A DNA stretch of 64,000 nucleotides from an uncultured Bacillota bacterium (GTDB taxonomy: Bacteria; Bacillota; DTU025; MWDF01): contig CAWGMK010000013.1 of NCBI GenBank assembly GCA_963823655.1, positions 192,001 to 256,000 of the forward strand. Direction: 5' to 3'. Under the pieces are notes generated by a model that was not told where the DNA came from, ran no database searches, and was given only the letters and a program-made list of their open reading frames with translations. This document shows positions 49,031 to 59,124 of this stretch, piece by piece. The first letter of the stretch is position 1. The number at the start of each line of letters is the position of its first letter. Made by a program: the position numbers and the translations under genes.

Positions 49031-52000
49031 TTGCAGCTTCGAAGGCTAGCCATAAACGGTTTCAAGACATTTGCCGGCAAATCCGAATTTGAGTTCAAAG
49101 GCGGCATAACGGCAGTAGTAGGGCCCAACGGCTCGGGGAAAAGCAACCTTTCGGACGCCATAAGGTGGGCGCTTGGGGAGCAAAGTGCAAGGCTTCTTAG
49201 GGGTACATCCATGTCGGACGTAATTTTTGCAGGCACTTCCGCCAGAAAAGCATCGGGTATGGCGGAAGTCACTGTTGTCATCGACAATTCCGACAGATCC
49301 CTCTCTTTGGACTTCGACGAAGTATCAGTAACGAGGCGAGTCTACAGGGACGGCGACAGCCAGTTCCTGATTAACGGGGTCGAATGCAGGCTTAAGGATA
49401 TTGCTGAGCTTTTCGCGGGGACGGGCCTTGGCAAAGAGGCGTACGCGGCTATCGAACAGGGCAAGGTCGATGCGATCATCTCCTCCCAACCTCAGGACAG
49501 GCGCGGCATATTCGACGAGGCCTCGGGCATCATGAGGTATAAGAACCGTAAAAGGGATGCCGAACGCAAACTTATCGATGTCGAGGAGAGGACCGGGCGT
49601 GCTTCCGACATACTTGCGGAGCTTAAGCAAAAGGAGCCCATCCTTGAAAAGCAGGCGCAGGATGCACAAGGTTACAAAGAAGCCATCTCGGAAGCCAAAT
49701 CCCTTGAGTTCTCCCTGATATGCCTGGAGACGGCCGATGCCCATAAGAAGCTGCTCAGCCTGGAAACTGAGCTGAATGCGAAGATTGCAGAGAGGGAGCG
49801 GCTGCAAGCTGACCTTACACTATCAGAAGCCTCCTATAAATCAGCAAGACTAAAGTCCGCAGAGCTTTCGATAAGCTATGAAACCGCCTCCCAAACCGCT
49901 CAGGCGGCCTCCAAATCCGCAGTAAAGCATGAAATGGGCGCAATGGAGCTGGAAGCGGACATTTCAAGGATGCAAGTCCTGCTGACAAGGGCGAATGAGG
50001 ACCTTTCAGGCCAGCTTGGCGGCGGGCAGGAAGCTCAAAGCGGGTTGGAGGATGTAAGGGCCAGGAAGGGCGCGGCAGAGGCGAATTTGGCTGCGCTGGA
50101 AAGCTCTATTAATGCGCAAGCAGAGCTAATAGCGAAGCTGCAGGGCGAAGCGGCCCTACTAGACACAAAGATCGATGAATTCAGGGCCGAGCACTTTGCA
50201 AGAGTCTCGAAAGTGGCCGGGATTAAGAATTCGATCGGGTCAAATGCTCAAAGGCGAGAATCGCTTAAAGCGCGCGCAAGCCGCCTTAGAAGCAGCTCCG
50301 AAGCCCTATTGAACGAGAAGGCCCAAGCAGACGAGCGGACGTTGAATCTCAGCTCCGAAATTGCCGCTATAAAGGCTTCAGTAGGGAAGATCGAAAGCGC
50401 CCTCTTTGAGAACAAGTCCGCGGGCAGCCTCCTCCATATTGAGCTGAGTAAAGCCGTTTCCATTAACAGCCTAACGGCAAAGGAGCTGGCAAGGTGCGAG
50501 ACAGTGCTGTCGGCGCTTGAGGCAATGCAACAGGACATGGAGGGCTACGCTTCCTCAGTCAAAGAGATATTCTCTGAGGCCGGCAAGGGCAAACTTGACG
50601 GAATAATAAGCACGGTAGGCGATGCCATCTCTGTTCCAAAGGGCTTGGAAGCTGCAATAGAAAGCGCCCTCGGCGGCCAAATCAATGACATAATCTGCGC
50701 TACTGCAGATGCTGCCTCGGCATCGATCTCCCATTTGAAATCTAAGGCATACGGAAGGGCGACTTTCCTGCCTTTGGACATAATACGAGCGTCTAAGCTC
50801 AATATAAGCGAGAAGTTATCAGCTTCAAAAGGTTTCCTGGGAATCGCCTCTGATATGGTTTCTTACGAAGAGCGCCTGCGTCCGGCATTCGAGTATCTCC
50901 TGGGCCAGACTGCGGTGTTTAAAACCCTTGACGACGCGATTTCCTCTCAGAAGCAGGGCATAAGGGTAAGGTCCGTCACTGCTGAGGGAGAGCTGATCAG
51001 CTCAGGCGGGGCGATAACCGGCGGCTCCAGGAACGAGCTTAAGGGATCCGTTATAACAAGAAGAAGGAAGATCGCAGACCTGCGCGAGCAGAAAGAAAAG
51101 CTGGCCGCTGATTCGGCAAACGGCAGGGAAAACGAGAAGAACACCCGCGCGAAGCTTGCCGCTATCGAAGCGGAGCATGCATCCCTTGAAAAGGCGTTGG
51201 CAGAGACGGAGAAAGCGCAAAGGGCATCCGAGCTAGAGCTTTCCAAGTCAGAATCATCGCTAAAATCGCTTTTGGATCAAATTGCGGCAGCCCTCGAAGA
51301 GCTCAAAGGAATAGATGAGGAGCTGGCTGCGAGCGAAGTGGAAGTTGCCGAGCTTAAGCTTGCACTTATTGATGCACAAGAAGCAGTAGACAAGCATGGA
51401 GACAGAAACGATTCCGATAGGTCGGAGAAGTCGGCGCTTTCTGAGAAGCTGGCTGAGGCCTCTAGGCAACATACAGCCATGCTGGTCGAAAAAGCCACGG
51501 TCGTTTCTCTTATAAGTTCCCTGGCCTCCGAAGAGGGCTCACTTAAGGCCAGGATATCAGCACAGTCAGGCAAGGCATCCCAGCTGAAGGCCGCAATACG
51601 GGAGCTTGAGGCCAAAATTGAGGCCGCGAAGGTCGAGGCTGTTAGGGAGAGGGAGATCTCCAGTCAGTTTGCATCCCAGCAGGAGGCCTGTACAAGAGAC
51701 TCCGAAAAGCTTAAGGCCAGCAAGGATTCTTTTGAGGCGGAGGCAATTTCCTTTGAACAGAGCCTGAAAAATAAAAGGAGGCGCCTTGCCCAAGTCGGCG
51801 ATGCAGAGTCACAAAGGGCTATGGATAGGGCGCGAGTCCAAGGAGAGTACGCAATTCTCTCCTCTAAGCTGGAAAAGGATCACGGCATATCTTTTGAACA
51901 GGCGGATGAGGCATCATTCCAGGGCCTGGATAAGGCTGCAGCCTCGGCAAGGATAGATGAGCTAAAGGCTCGCGTAGAGGCTTTGGGCGACATTAACATG

Positions 52001-52606
52001 GCCGCCTCGGACGAGCTTACTGCCATGAGAGAAAGGATACAATTCATGGGGGGCCAGATCGAGGATCTCGACAAGGCCCGCTTATCCTTGTCCCAAGTTA
52101 TCAAAGAAGCCGAAAGGACTGCCAAGAAACAGTTCGCGGAGATGTTCGAGCTGATCAGGCAGAACTTCAAGGAAATCTTCGAGAGGCTATTCGCCGGAGG
52201 GCAGGCGGACATCGTCCTGACTGATGACGAGGAGCCGCTGGAAAGCGGCATAGAGATAATATGCAGGCCGCCAGGCAAGAAGCTTTCTCAGTTATCCCTT
52301 CTTTCTGGAGGAGAGAAGGCGCTAGCGGCGATTGCCCTCATATTCTCATTCTTAAAGGCCAGGCCCGCTCCGTTTTGCATGCTTGATGAGATAGACGCGG
52401 CTTTGGATGATGCCAATGTCGACAGGTTCAGGGAGCTGGTCGCGGAATATGCAAACCAGAGCCAGATGATAATCATAACCCACAGAAGAAGGACTATGGA
52501 GGCCGCAACGCGGGTGTACGGGGTGACCATGGAGGAAAATGGCGTATCCAAGGCTGTATGCGTTGATACATCGGAGATAATATTCCAGGAGGGTTTAGTC
52601 GAATGA
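49031..52606 (+). CDS. smc: Chromosome partition protein SMC
   Basis: GPNGSGKSN, coiled coils with hinge GRATFLPL, LSGGE, LDEIDAALD. Confidence 0.97.
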   Translation: MQLRRLAINGFKTFAGKSEFEFKGGITAVVGPNGSGKSNLSDAIRWALGEQSARLLRGTSMSDVIFAGTSARKASGMAEVTVVIDNSDRSLSLDFDEVSVTRRVYRDGDSQFLINGVECRLKDIAELFAGTGLGKEAYAAIEQGKVDAIISSQPQDRRGIFDEASGIMRYKNRKRDAERKLIDVEERTGRASDILAELKQKEPILEKQAQDAQGYKEAISEAKSLEFSLICLETADAHKKLLSLETELNAKIAERERLQADLTLSEASYKSARLKSAELSISYETASQTAQAASKSAVKHEMGAMELEADISRMQVLLTRANEDLSGQLGGGQEAQSGLEDVRARKGAAEANLAALESSINAQAELIAKLQGEAALLDTKIDEFRAEHFARVSKVAGIKNSIGSNAQRRESLKARASRLRSSSEALLNEKAQADERTLNLSSEIAAIKASVGKIESALFENKSAGSLLHIELSKAVSINSLTAKELARCETVLSALEAMQQDMEGYASSVKEIFSEAGKGKLDGIISTVGDAISVPKGLEAAIESALGGQINDIICATADAASASISHLKSKAYGRATFLPLDIIRASKLNISEKLSASKGFLGIASDMVSYEERLRPAFEYLLGQTAVFKTLDDAISSQKQGIRVRSVTAEGELISSGGAITGGSRNELKGSVITRRRKIADLREQKEKLAADSANGRENEKNTRAKLAAIEAEHASLEKALAETEKAQRASELELSKSESSLKSLLDQIAAALEELKGIDEELAASEVEVAELKLALIDAQEAVDKHGDRNDSDRSEKSALSEKLAEASRQHTAMLVEKATVVSLISSLASEEGSLKARISAQSGKASQLKAAIRELEAKIEAAKVEAVREREISSQFASQQEACTRDSEKLKASKDSFEAEAISFEQSLKNKRRRLAQVGDAESQRAMDRARVQGEYAILSSKLEKDHGISFEQADEASFQGLDKAAASARIDELKARVEALGDINMAASDELTAMRERIQFMGGQIEDLDKARLSLSQVIKEAERTAKKQFAEMFELIRQNFKEIFERLFAGGQADIVLTDDEEPLESGIEIICRPPGKKLSQLSLLSGGEKALAAIALIFSFLKARPAPFCMLDEIDAALDDANVDRFRELVAEYANQSQMIIITHRRRTMEAATRVYGVTMEENGVSKAVCVDTSEIIFQEGLVE

Positions 52607-53508
52607 GCGTTTTCAGTTTAATAGCGAAAGGACTTGCCAAGACGAAGGATGCCCTATCGCAGAAGATAGGCAGCATCTTCGGAGGCAGGCTGAGCATAGA
52701 CAAAGATGACCTCGAGGAGCTTGAAGCTGTACTCATACAGGCGGATCTCGGAAATGGAGTAACCCAGGAAGTGCTCTCTGCGATGAAGGACCGCCTTGAA
52801 AGAGGGGAAACCGCAGACCGCGATGCACTCGAGCGAACAATATCGAAAATCATAATGGAAAAGCTGGCTGTCTCGGAACCTATGCCGGAATCTTCTACAA
52901 AACCGCACGTTATCATGATGCTTGGCGTCAACGGAACAGGAAAGACCACTTCGGCGGGCAAGCTCGCCTATGTCCGTTCCAAAGAAGGGCACAAAGTGCT
53001 GCTAGCCGCCGCGGATACATTCAGGGCCGCCGCAATCGAGCAGCTTGAGGTATGGGGAAAACGCGCCGGCGTTGAAGTCATAAAGCATAAGGAAGGGTCG
53101 GACCCTTCGGCCGTTGCCTTTGATGCGTGCTCAGCTGCAGTTAACAGAGGCTGCGACTATCTGATCATAGATACCGCAGGCAGGCTGCATACGAAAACCA
53201 ACCTAATGGAAGAGCTTAAGAAGGTGCAAAGGGTAATCTCCACAAAAATCGAAGGCGCGCCTCACGAGGTTCTGCTTGTAATAGACGCGACGACAGGACA
53301 GAACGGTCTGACTCAGGCAAGGGAGTTCAATAAGGCAATACCGCTTACCGGGATCATACTAACGAAACTCGACGGCACGGCAAGAGGCGGCATAGTCGTA
53401 TCTGTGATGGATGAGCTTGGAGTCCCTGTCAGATACATCGGCATCGGGGAGGCGGCCGAGGACCTCAGGCCTTTCGACGCCAAAGAGTTCTCCGAGGGCC
53501 TTTTCTGA
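52603..53508 (+). CDS. ftsY: SRP receptor
   Basis: GVNGTGKTT, DTFRAAA, DTAGR, TKLDGTARGG. Confidence 0.97.
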   Translation: MSVFSLIAKGLAKTKDALSQKIGSIFGGRLSIDKDDLEELEAVLIQADLGNGVTQEVLSAMKDRLERGETADRDALERTISKIIMEKLAVSEPMPESSTKPHVIMMLGVNGTGKTTSAGKLAYVRSKEGHKVLLAAADTFRAAAIEQLEVWGKRAGVEVIKHKEGSDPSAVAFDACSAAVNRGCDYLIIDTAGRLHTKTNLMEELKKVQRVISTKIEGAPHEVLLVIDATTGQNGLTQAREFNKAIPLTGIILTKLDGTARGGIVVSVMDELGVPVRYIGIGEAAEDLRPFDAKEFSEGLF

Positions 53509-53519
53509 TTTCGCACGCA

Positions 53520-53575
53520 TTGACACATCGCCTGCATCGCGCTTATAATCCCTATGTCAAGTAATTGGCTTGACA
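53520..53575 (+). promoter_or_regulatory. Promoter and inverted repeat upstream of ylxM-ffh
   Basis: TTGACA-18 bp-TATAAT (53520-53549), then TGTCAAG-7 bp-CTTGACA (53555-53575). Confidence 0.7.
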
Positions 53576-53590
53576 CATTCGGAGGAATGT

Positions 53591-53938
53591 ATGCTTGAGA
53601 AGCTGCTAAGAGTAACAAGGCTGCTTGAAACCTATTCCGGGCTGCTTCCCAGGAAACAGGCCCAGATGTGCTCGGCATACTATCTGGACAATCTGAGCCT
53701 TGGCGAGATAGCCGAAAACGAGGGGATAAGCAGGCAGGCAGTGCATGATAGCCTGGAGAGGGCCATAGACGCGATGGAAGCTGCGGAAAATGCCCTTGGG
53801 CTGATCCGGAAGTCCGAAAGGTTAGCCGAGCTCTGCGACATTATAAAATGCCTCGCTCAGTCGATCAAAGACGGGAATGACGAGGCTTCGATTACAGCTC
53901 TTATTGATTGCGTGGATGCACTTAATTCCGAAATATAG
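53591..53938 (+). CDS. ylxM: YlxM family helix-turn-helix protein
   Basis: Y..LL..KQ...YY..NLSLGEIAE..GISRQAVHD; between ftsY and ffh. Confidence 0.9.
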   Translation: MLEKLLRVTRLLETYSGLLPRKQAQMCSAYYLDNLSLGEIAENEGISRQAVHDSLERAIDAMEAAENALGLIRKSERLAELCDIIKCLAQSIKDGNDEASITALIDCVDALNSEI

Positions 53939-53956
53939 ACGGAGGCTGAACGATAC

Positions 53957-55291
53957 ATGGCATTCGAAGGCCTTAGCGATAAGCTCCAATCGATAATGCA
54001 AAGGCTCAAAGGGCACGGCAAACTGTCCGACAAGGAGATAGATGCCGCCCTTAAAGAAGTAAGGCTGGCCCTTCTTGAAGCCGACGTGAACTTCAAGGTG
54101 GTAAAGGGCTTCACAGAGAAAGTACGAGAGCGTGCCATGGGTGCGGAGGTTATGCAAAGCCTCACCCCTGCGCAGCAGGTCATAAAGATAGTCCATTCCG
54201 AGCTGGTTGAGCTGATGGGCAAGTCCGCAAGCAGGATAGAGCATGCCCCCGAGCCTCCCACCGTAATTATGATGGTTGGTTTGCAGGGTTCAGGCAAGAC
54301 TACTACTTCGGCAAAGCTTGCGAACCTTCTTAGGAAGAGCAATAGCAGAAGGCCGCTTTTAGCAGCATGCGACGTCAGGAGGCCGGCTGCCGTAAAGCAG
54401 CTTGAGGTGCTCGGCAAGCAGATCGACATACCCGTGCACTACATAGAAGGCGCTACTGCGGAGCGAATTGCCAAGAGCGCCGTGGATGGCGCATTGAAGG
54501 CAGGCAGGGATCTTGTAATAATCGACACCGCGGGCCGCCTGCACATCGACGAAGAGCTAATGCAGGAGCTCGAGAGGATAAAAACGCAGACAAAACCCCA
54601 TGAGATCCTGCTGGTGGTCGATTCGATGACGGGGCAAGATGCCGTGAATGTGGCAAAAGCCTTCCAGGAGCGCCTCGACATAACAGGCGTAGTTCTGACC
54701 AAGCTGGACGGCGACGCAAGAGGCGGGGCAGCCCTTTCGGTTAGGGCCGTCACCGGAAAGCCAATCAAGTTCGTAGGCACAGGCGAGAAGATAGACGGCA
54801 TAGAGGTATTCCATCCCGACAGGATGGCATCAAGGATTCTAGGCATGGGCGACATCCTGACTGTGATCGAGAAGGCCCAGGAGAACTTCGATGTCGACCA
54901 GGCCAAGAAGATGGAAGCCAAGCTAAGGAAACAGGAGTTCACTTTCGAGGACTTCCTTTCCCAGCTAAAAGAGCTGAAAAAGATGGGGCCGATCAGCGAT
55001 GTCCTGGCCATGATCCCGGGGCTCTCGGGCAAAAACCGTCAGCTTAAGGACCTCAAAGTAGACGAGGGCCAAATGGCGAGGGTGGAGGCCATCATCAATT
55101 CGATGACCAAGCTGGAAAGGCGCAGGCCTGACATCATTGATTCGTCCAGGAAAAAGCGCATCGCCGCAGGAAGCGGCACCAGGGTACAGGACGTAAACTC
55201 CGTGCTCAAGCAGTATGAGGAAACCAAGAAGCTTCTTAAGGCATTCTCGGGCGGGCGCAAACCCAAACTGAAGATGCCAGGGATATTCTAG
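53957..55291 (+). CDS. ffh: Signal recognition particle protein
   Basis: [38 protein letters not shown]. Confidence 0.97.
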   Translation: MAFEGLSDKLQSIMQRLKGHGKLSDKEIDAALKEVRLALLEADVNFKVVKGFTEKVRERAMGAEVMQSLTPAQQVIKIVHSELVELMGKSASRIEHAPEPPTVIMMVGLQGSGKTTTSAKLANLLRKSNSRRPLLAACDVRRPAAVKQLEVLGKQIDIPVHYIEGATAERIAKSAVDGALKAGRDLVIIDTAGRLHIDEELMQELERIKTQTKPHEILLVVDSMTGQDAVNVAKAFQERLDITGVVLTKLDGDARGGAALSVRAVTGKPIKFVGTGEKIDGIEVFHPDRMASRILGMGDILTVIEKAQENFDVDQAKKMEAKLRKQEFTFEDFLSQLKELKKMGPISDVLAMIPGLSGKNRQLKDLKVDEGQMARVEAIINSMTKLERRRPDIIDSSRKKRIAAGSGTRVQDVNSVLKQYEETKKLLKAFSGGRKPKLKMPGIF

Positions 55292-55313
55292 ATACAACGA
55301 GGAGGAAAAGGAA

Positions 55314-55556
55314 ATGTCAGTAAAGATCAGGCTCACGAGGACAGGCAGCAACAAGCAGGCAAGCTACAGGGTAGTGGTATCGGATTCAAAGTCACCCAGA
55401 GACGGTCGTTTCATCGAGATAATCGGGCATTACAATCCCAGGATGAACCCTGCCGAGATCGTAATCGACGCCGAGAAGCTCAAGCTTTGGGTATCAAAGG
55501 GTGCCCAGCCCACCGATTCAGTCAAGATGCTTATGAAGACCGCGGGCATTGAGTAG
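55314..55556 (+). CDS. rpsP: 30S ribosomal protein S16
   Basis: [28 protein letters not shown]. Confidence 0.97.
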   Translation: MSVKIRLTRTGSNKQASYRVVVSDSKSPRDGRFIEIIGHYNPRMNPAEIVIDAEKLKLWVSKGAQPTDSVKMLMKTAGIE

Positions 55557-55573
55557 CCCAAAGGGGTAGTGAT

Positions 55574-55834
55574 ATGACTGCAAAGATTCGTTCGAGGCTG
55601 AAGGATGTTGTCGAATATACGGTCAGAAGCCTTGTAAAGCAACCCGACGAAGTAGAAGTGCGCGAGATTTGGAACCATGACGACGACCTGGTTCTGAAGA
55701 TAACCACGGACCAGCCGGACATGGGCAAAGTGATCGGCAAGCAGGGTCGCATAGCGAAAGCAATTCGCGCCATAGCCAAGGCGCAGGCCGTTAAGGAAGA
55801 CGTCAAGGTAACCGTCGACATCATCGAGAGGTGA
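55574..55834 (+). CDS. khpA: KH-domain RNA-binding protein
   Basis: DMGKVIGKQGRIAKAIR; between rpsP and rimM. Confidence 0.9.
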   Translation: MTAKIRSRLKDVVEYTVRSLVKQPDEVEVREIWNHDDDLVLKITTDQPDMGKVIGKQGRIAKAIRAIAKAQAVKEDVKVTVDIIER

Positions 55835-55838
55835 GGCT

Positions 55839-56348
55839 TTGATGCTCGTCGCCATCGGCAAGGTGAGATCCGTTCACGGCCTTAAGGGCTTTGTTAAGGC
55901 AGAGGCCTATACTGGAAGCGATCGGACCCTTAGGCATCAGGACGAGATTTTCCTGGGCGCTTCAGATAAATCCTGCAGGCCCTACAAGGTAGAGGGCCTG
56001 AAAGGCGCAACAGGGGATGTCGTTCTGATCAAGCTCGAAGGAGTGGAAACTCCGGACGATGCCGCCAGCCTGAAGGGGTATTTGATCTTCATAGAGCAGG
56101 CCATGCTTCCGCAGCTTCCCGAGGGCAGCTACTACAGCTTCATGCTCGAGGGCATGGAAGTAGAGACTACTGATGGGAAGCGGCTGGGCAAAGTTTCGAA
56201 GGTGGACCATTACCCTGCAAGCGACATACTTACAGTCTCCTGCGAAGACGGCTCCGAGGTACTCATACCTGCAGTCAAGGATATTGTAAGAAGCGTCGAT
56301 ATGAAAGCATCGAAGATCATCGTTGAAGACCGGAAGGGCTTGAGGTGA
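55839..56348 (+). CDS. rimM: Ribosome maturation factor
   Basis: IGKV..VHGLKG, LPEGSYY...LEG, VLIPAV. Confidence 0.92.
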   Translation: MMLVAIGKVRSVHGLKGFVKAEAYTGSDRTLRHQDEIFLGASDKSCRPYKVEGLKGATGDVVLIKLEGVETPDDAASLKGYLIFIEQAMLPQLPEGSYYSFMLEGMEVETTDGKRLGKVSKVDHYPASDILTVSCEDGSEVLIPAVKDIVRSVDMKASKIIVEDRKGLR

Positions 56349-56353
56349 TTCCC

Positions 56354-57134
56354 ATGACTTTCGAAGTCCTTACACTCTTTCCTCAGATGTTCGAAGGGTT
56401 CAAGGACAGAAAGCATCATCGGCAGGGCCGCAACTGAGGGCCTCATAAAAATCAGGGCCACGAATATCAGGGATTTCGCATCGGGAAAGCACAAAATCAC
56501 GGACGACTACTCCTTTGGCGGCGGCTGCGGTATGGTCATGATGGCTGAACCGATCGCAAAGGCTGTGGAATACCTAAAGGGCCTGGAAACAGAAGAGGGC
56601 CCTGCAAGGGTAATTCTGACAACCCCCCAGGGCAGGAAGTTCAGCCAGTCGGACGCGATAAGGCTCTCCTCATACAGCAGGCTGATCATTATTTGCGGCC
56701 ATTATGAGGGCATAGATGAGAGGGTCACATCTTTCATCGATGAGGAGCTATCTATAGGGGATTTCGTGCTGACAGGCGGGGAAATCCCCGCGATGGCAAT
56801 CATCGACTCAGTATCGCGCATGATACCCGGTGTATTGGGACACGAAGAAAGCGCCCCCTCTGATTCTTTCTTCGCCGGGCTTCTCGATTACCCTCATTAC
56901 ACAAGGCCCAGAGTCTGGCGAGGGATGGAAGTTCCCCAGGTACTTCTCTCCGGCGACCATGAGAAAATCAGGCTCTACAGAAGGAAAGAGGCCTTGAAGA
57001 GGACCTCGACGAGAAGGCCGGATTTGATGTCCGCCCTTGATTTGGGGGAGGAAGACTTCAGGCTGTTAAACGACTTGCCCAAGCGCAAAAAGAGAGCCTC
57101 AAAAGCGTCGGCACCCATAGAAAAGGGCAACTAG
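56354..57134 (+). CDS. trmD: tRNA (guanine37-N1)-methyltransferase (apparent +1 insertion near 56405)
   Basis: MTFEVLTLFPQMF start, then DDYSFGGGCGMVM, CGHYEGIDER, SIGDFVLTGGE, YPHYTRP in the shifted frame. Confidence 0.94.
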
Positions 57135-57178
57135 CTATTGCATTAGGCTCGTGTAAATGATATATTTCTAATGTTAAT

Positions 57179-57215
57179 ACGGACGGTCCTCTGAGTTAAG
57201 CCCTCATGAACGTCT
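57179..57215 (+). promoter_or_regulatory. Ribosomal protein L19 leader
   Basis: GGACGGTCCTCTGAG...CTCATGAACGTC hairpin just upstream of rplS, like the Firmicute L19 leader. Confidence 0.7.
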
Positions 57216-57232
57216 ATGATGTGAGGTGCGAT

Positions 57233-57583
57233 ATGAACCTGTTACTGGAAATCGAAAGGCTTCAGCTGAGAACTGACCTGCCTGACTTCCGCCCCGGAGA
57301 CTCCGTGAAGGTGCATGCCAAGATCATAGAAGGCACCCGCGAGAGGATACAGATTTTCGAAGGCATAGTGATCGCAAGGGCCGGTGGCAGCATAGGTGAG
57401 ACTTTCACGGTGCGCAAACTGTCCTCAGGCATCGGCGTCGAGAGGGTATTCCCGCTCCATTCACCCAATATCGATAAGATAGAGGTAGTGAAGCACGGCG
57501 CTGTTCGCAGGGCGAAGCTGTACTATCTGCGCGGCAGGACCGGCAAGGCAGCCACCAGGGTGCGCGAGCGCAAGCGCGTCTAG
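57233..57583 (+). CDS. rplS: 50S ribosomal protein L19
   Basis: [33 protein letters not shown]. Confidence 0.97.
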   Translation: MNLLLEIERLQLRTDLPDFRPGDSVKVHAKIIEGTRERIQIFEGIVIARAGGSIGETFTVRKLSSGIGVERVFPLHSPNIDKIEVVKHGAVRRAKLYYLRGRTGKAATRVRERKRV

Positions 57584-57611
57584 AGGACGGCGCAGCATAA
57601 ATGTAATTGTG

Positions 57612-57641
57612 AAAGCCGTGCCTTTTAGGTACGGCTTTTAT
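57612..57641 (+). terminator. Terminator after rplS
   Basis: AAAGCCGTGCC-TTTTA-GGTACGGCTTTT. Confidence 0.7.
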
Positions 57642-57659
57642 GTTTAAGGAGGGGATAAC

Positions 57660-58493
57660 TTGGTACATAGCTGGTTTCCGGGACATATGGCCAAAGCTAT
57701 CAGGGAAATCAAGCCCCTGCTTAAGCTCATAGATGTAGTAATTGAAATCGTTGACGCAAGGGCGCCGATGTCCTCCTCGAATCCGATAATCTCGGACATC
57801 GCCCAGGGTAAATCCTCCGTTATGTTGCTTAATAAATCCGACCTGGCAGACCCTTACGCAACCAAGGCATGGATTGTCAAGTTCCAGGCTTCAGGCAGAA
57901 AGGCCGTCGCCTCGGACGTTCTTAAGGGCACCGGACTTGATCTTGCACTGTCATCGCTTGCAGCCTTCCAGCAGAAGGCCAGGATAAAGCCTCGCGCCCT
58001 GGTAATTGGCATGCCCAATGTCGGAAAATCGTCATTGATAAACCGATATGCCAAGAGGAGCAAGACAAAGACGGGTGATAAACCCGGGGTGACTAGAGGC
58101 AAGCAATGGATCGACATCGGTTCCGCCGAATTGTTGGACACTCCAGGATTGATGCCGCTTCGAGTAGATAATCCTGACGTCTGGAACAGGCTTTGCTCCC
58201 TGGGAATGATCAACGATGACCTTTTCGTGCATGAGCAGGTGGCAAAATTCATAGTCGAGTTTGTGGCTTCAGAGTATGCCGGCGTACTTGAGCATAGGTA
58301 CGGCATAACTCAATCGGACATGGGCTCCCCGGGGGCATGCATAGAAGCGATTGCAAAGAAGAGGGGATGCCTGCTGCAAGGCGGCTTAATTGATGAAGAA
58401 AAGGCCTATATGATGATAATAAGGGACCTTCGCTCCGGAAGGTTGGGGAGGATTAGCCTTGAAAGGCCGGCTTCTGTCACAAAAGTCCAATGA
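57660..58493 (+). CDS. rbgA: Ribosome biogenesis GTPase
   Basis: WFPGHMAKA, NKSDL, GMPNVGKSS, PGVT, DTPG. Confidence 0.95.
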   Translation: MVHSWFPGHMAKAIREIKPLLKLIDVVIEIVDARAPMSSSNPIISDIAQGKSSVMLLNKSDLADPYATKAWIVKFQASGRKAVASDVLKGTGLDLALSSLAAFQQKARIKPRALVIGMPNVGKSSLINRYAKRSKTKTGDKPGVTRGKQWIDIGSAELLDTPGLMPLRVDNPDVWNRLCSLGMINDDLFVHEQVAKFIVEFVASEYAGVLEHRYGITQSDMGSPGACIEAIAKKRGCLLQGGLIDEEKAYMMIIRDLRSGRLGRISLERPASVTKVQ

Positions 58494-59124
58494 ACTCTGG
58501 CTGTTCGATTCTTCAGTCAGGGCATCTGAGCCCGGTCTGCTTCTAGTTGGCGTCGATGAGGCGGGCAGGGGACCTCTGGCAGGACCTGTCTTCGCCGCCG
58601 CTGTTTGCTTCGACGAGGATACAAGGCTTGACTGCATCTTTGATTCAAAGCGAATGAGCGAGAGACAGAGGGAGCATGCTTACTCGATAATAGTAGATGA
58701 AGCGCTGCATTTTGCCGTAGCGTCCGCGACCGCTGAGGAAATCAATTCCTTGAACATCAGGCAGGCAAGCCTGCTTGCCATGAGGCGCGCGGTAACGATG
58801 CTTGGAGCAGGCCCTTCAGTTGTTATAGTTGACGGCAGGGATGAGCTAGGACATAATCTAAACTCTAGGGCACTAGTCGGCGGCGACGGTAAAAGCCTTT
58901 GTGTTGCCGCAGCCTCGATTCTTGCGAAAGTCACAAGGGATGAGTACATGAGACAGCTCGATGAAGAGCTCCCTGGATACGGTTTCGCAAAGCACAAGGG
59001 CTATCCGACATCCCAGCACTATGATGCGATCAGCAAGCTCGGACCGTGCAAGGAGCACAGGCTGAGCTACAACGGAGTACTAAAGGGCGGTAGCCTTAAG
59101 AATAACTACTACGGAGGAAAATGA
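58459..59124 (+). CDS. rnhB: Ribonuclease HII
   Basis: GVDEAGRGPLAGPV, DSK, AASILAKVTRD, HKGYPT. Confidence 0.95.
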   Translation: MKGRLLSQKSNELWLFDSSVRASEPGLLLVGVDEAGRGPLAGPVFAAAVCFDEDTRLDCIFDSKRMSERQREHAYSIIVDEALHFAVASATAEEINSLNIRQASLLAMRRAVTMLGAGPSVVIVDGRDELGHNLNSRALVGGDGKSLCVAAASILAKVTRDEYMRQLDEELPGYGFAKHKGYPTSQHYDAISKLGPCKEHRLSYNGVLKGGSLKNNYYGGK

